Source of the DNA: Heteronotia binoei
Lineage: Eukaryota
DNA: 64,000 nt
Reading direction: 5' to 3'
Assembly: GCF_032191835.1 (NCBI RefSeq)
Contig: NC_083232.1
Location: 75,144,001 to 75,208,000 of the forward strand
Positions 63,646-64,000 of the stretch are shown piece after piece (position 1 is the stretch's first letter; each line of letters begins with the position of its first letter). The notes below the pieces were generated by a model. That model ran no database searches and was not told the origin of the DNA. It saw nothing but the letters and a program-made list of their open reading frames with translations. A program made the position numbers and the translations under genes.

Positions 63646-64000
63646 TGTCACGTTCTCAGGGTGCAGGCAGGCAGGAATCCAAAGCCAGCCCAAGGTCAAA
63701 GTCCAGGAAGTCAAGCAGGAGCCAACTCACCAATGCAGAATCACAAACTGGAATCAGAAGTCAATGTCCAAAAGCCGAAAGGTCAGGGTGTCAAGAAAAT
63801 CAAGCAGGTCAGGATCAGGAATCAGGAAGCAACATGGATGCAAGCCAGAGAATAGACTTGTTGCTTCCACAAGGTTACCAGGTCCTAGGTGGGAGCTATA
63901 TGGGAGTCTCAATCAGCCTGTTCCCTGGGTGGCAGTGACTTTGCTAGAAGTCAGGGCTGAGAGATCTGAACCATCGGCGTGCCTCATGTCTTTGCTCTGA
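63646..64000. mobile_element. Probable Gypsy-type LTR, running off the window edge
   Basis: Starts TGTCACG, followed by purine-rich CAGG/GTCA short repeats typical of the reverse strand of vertebrate Gypsy LTRs; other end not in window. Confidence 0.55.

Overview
Vertebrate (squamate reptile, probably gecko) genomic DNA that is repeat-rich and contains no recognisable host protein-coding exon, so it looks like intergenic or large-intron sequence. The organism call rests on Squam3-like and 5S-derived Sauria-type SINEs, L2/CR1/L1/RTE-X LINE fragments and hAT MITEs. Most ORFs in the supplied track are chance ORFs or repeat-derived. The standout object is a 7,157-bp Polinton/Maverick-derived element at 34671-41827. 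It has ~317-bp terminal inverted repeats starting AGTAGTAGCT and an exact 6-bp target-site duplication (TGAAAG). It carries only the decayed N-terminal part of a protein-primed PolB polyprotein (terminal-protein-like region, vOTU-like Cys/His motifs, Cys-rich region), with no polymerase core, integrase, ATPase, protease or capsid genes. Upstream on the same strand is a run of small GT-AG exons separated by 74-99-nt introns, all compatible with phase 1, which could splice in frame into the PolB ORF. Other notable items are an RTE-X-like LINE with a ~739-codon uninterrupted RT frame, an L2 with two internal tandem duplications, two TSD-flanked solo LTRs, a TSD-flanked 36-nt 3'-truncated U6 retrocopy, and a 141-N assembly gap. 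All family assignments are from recalled motif knowledge, not database searches.
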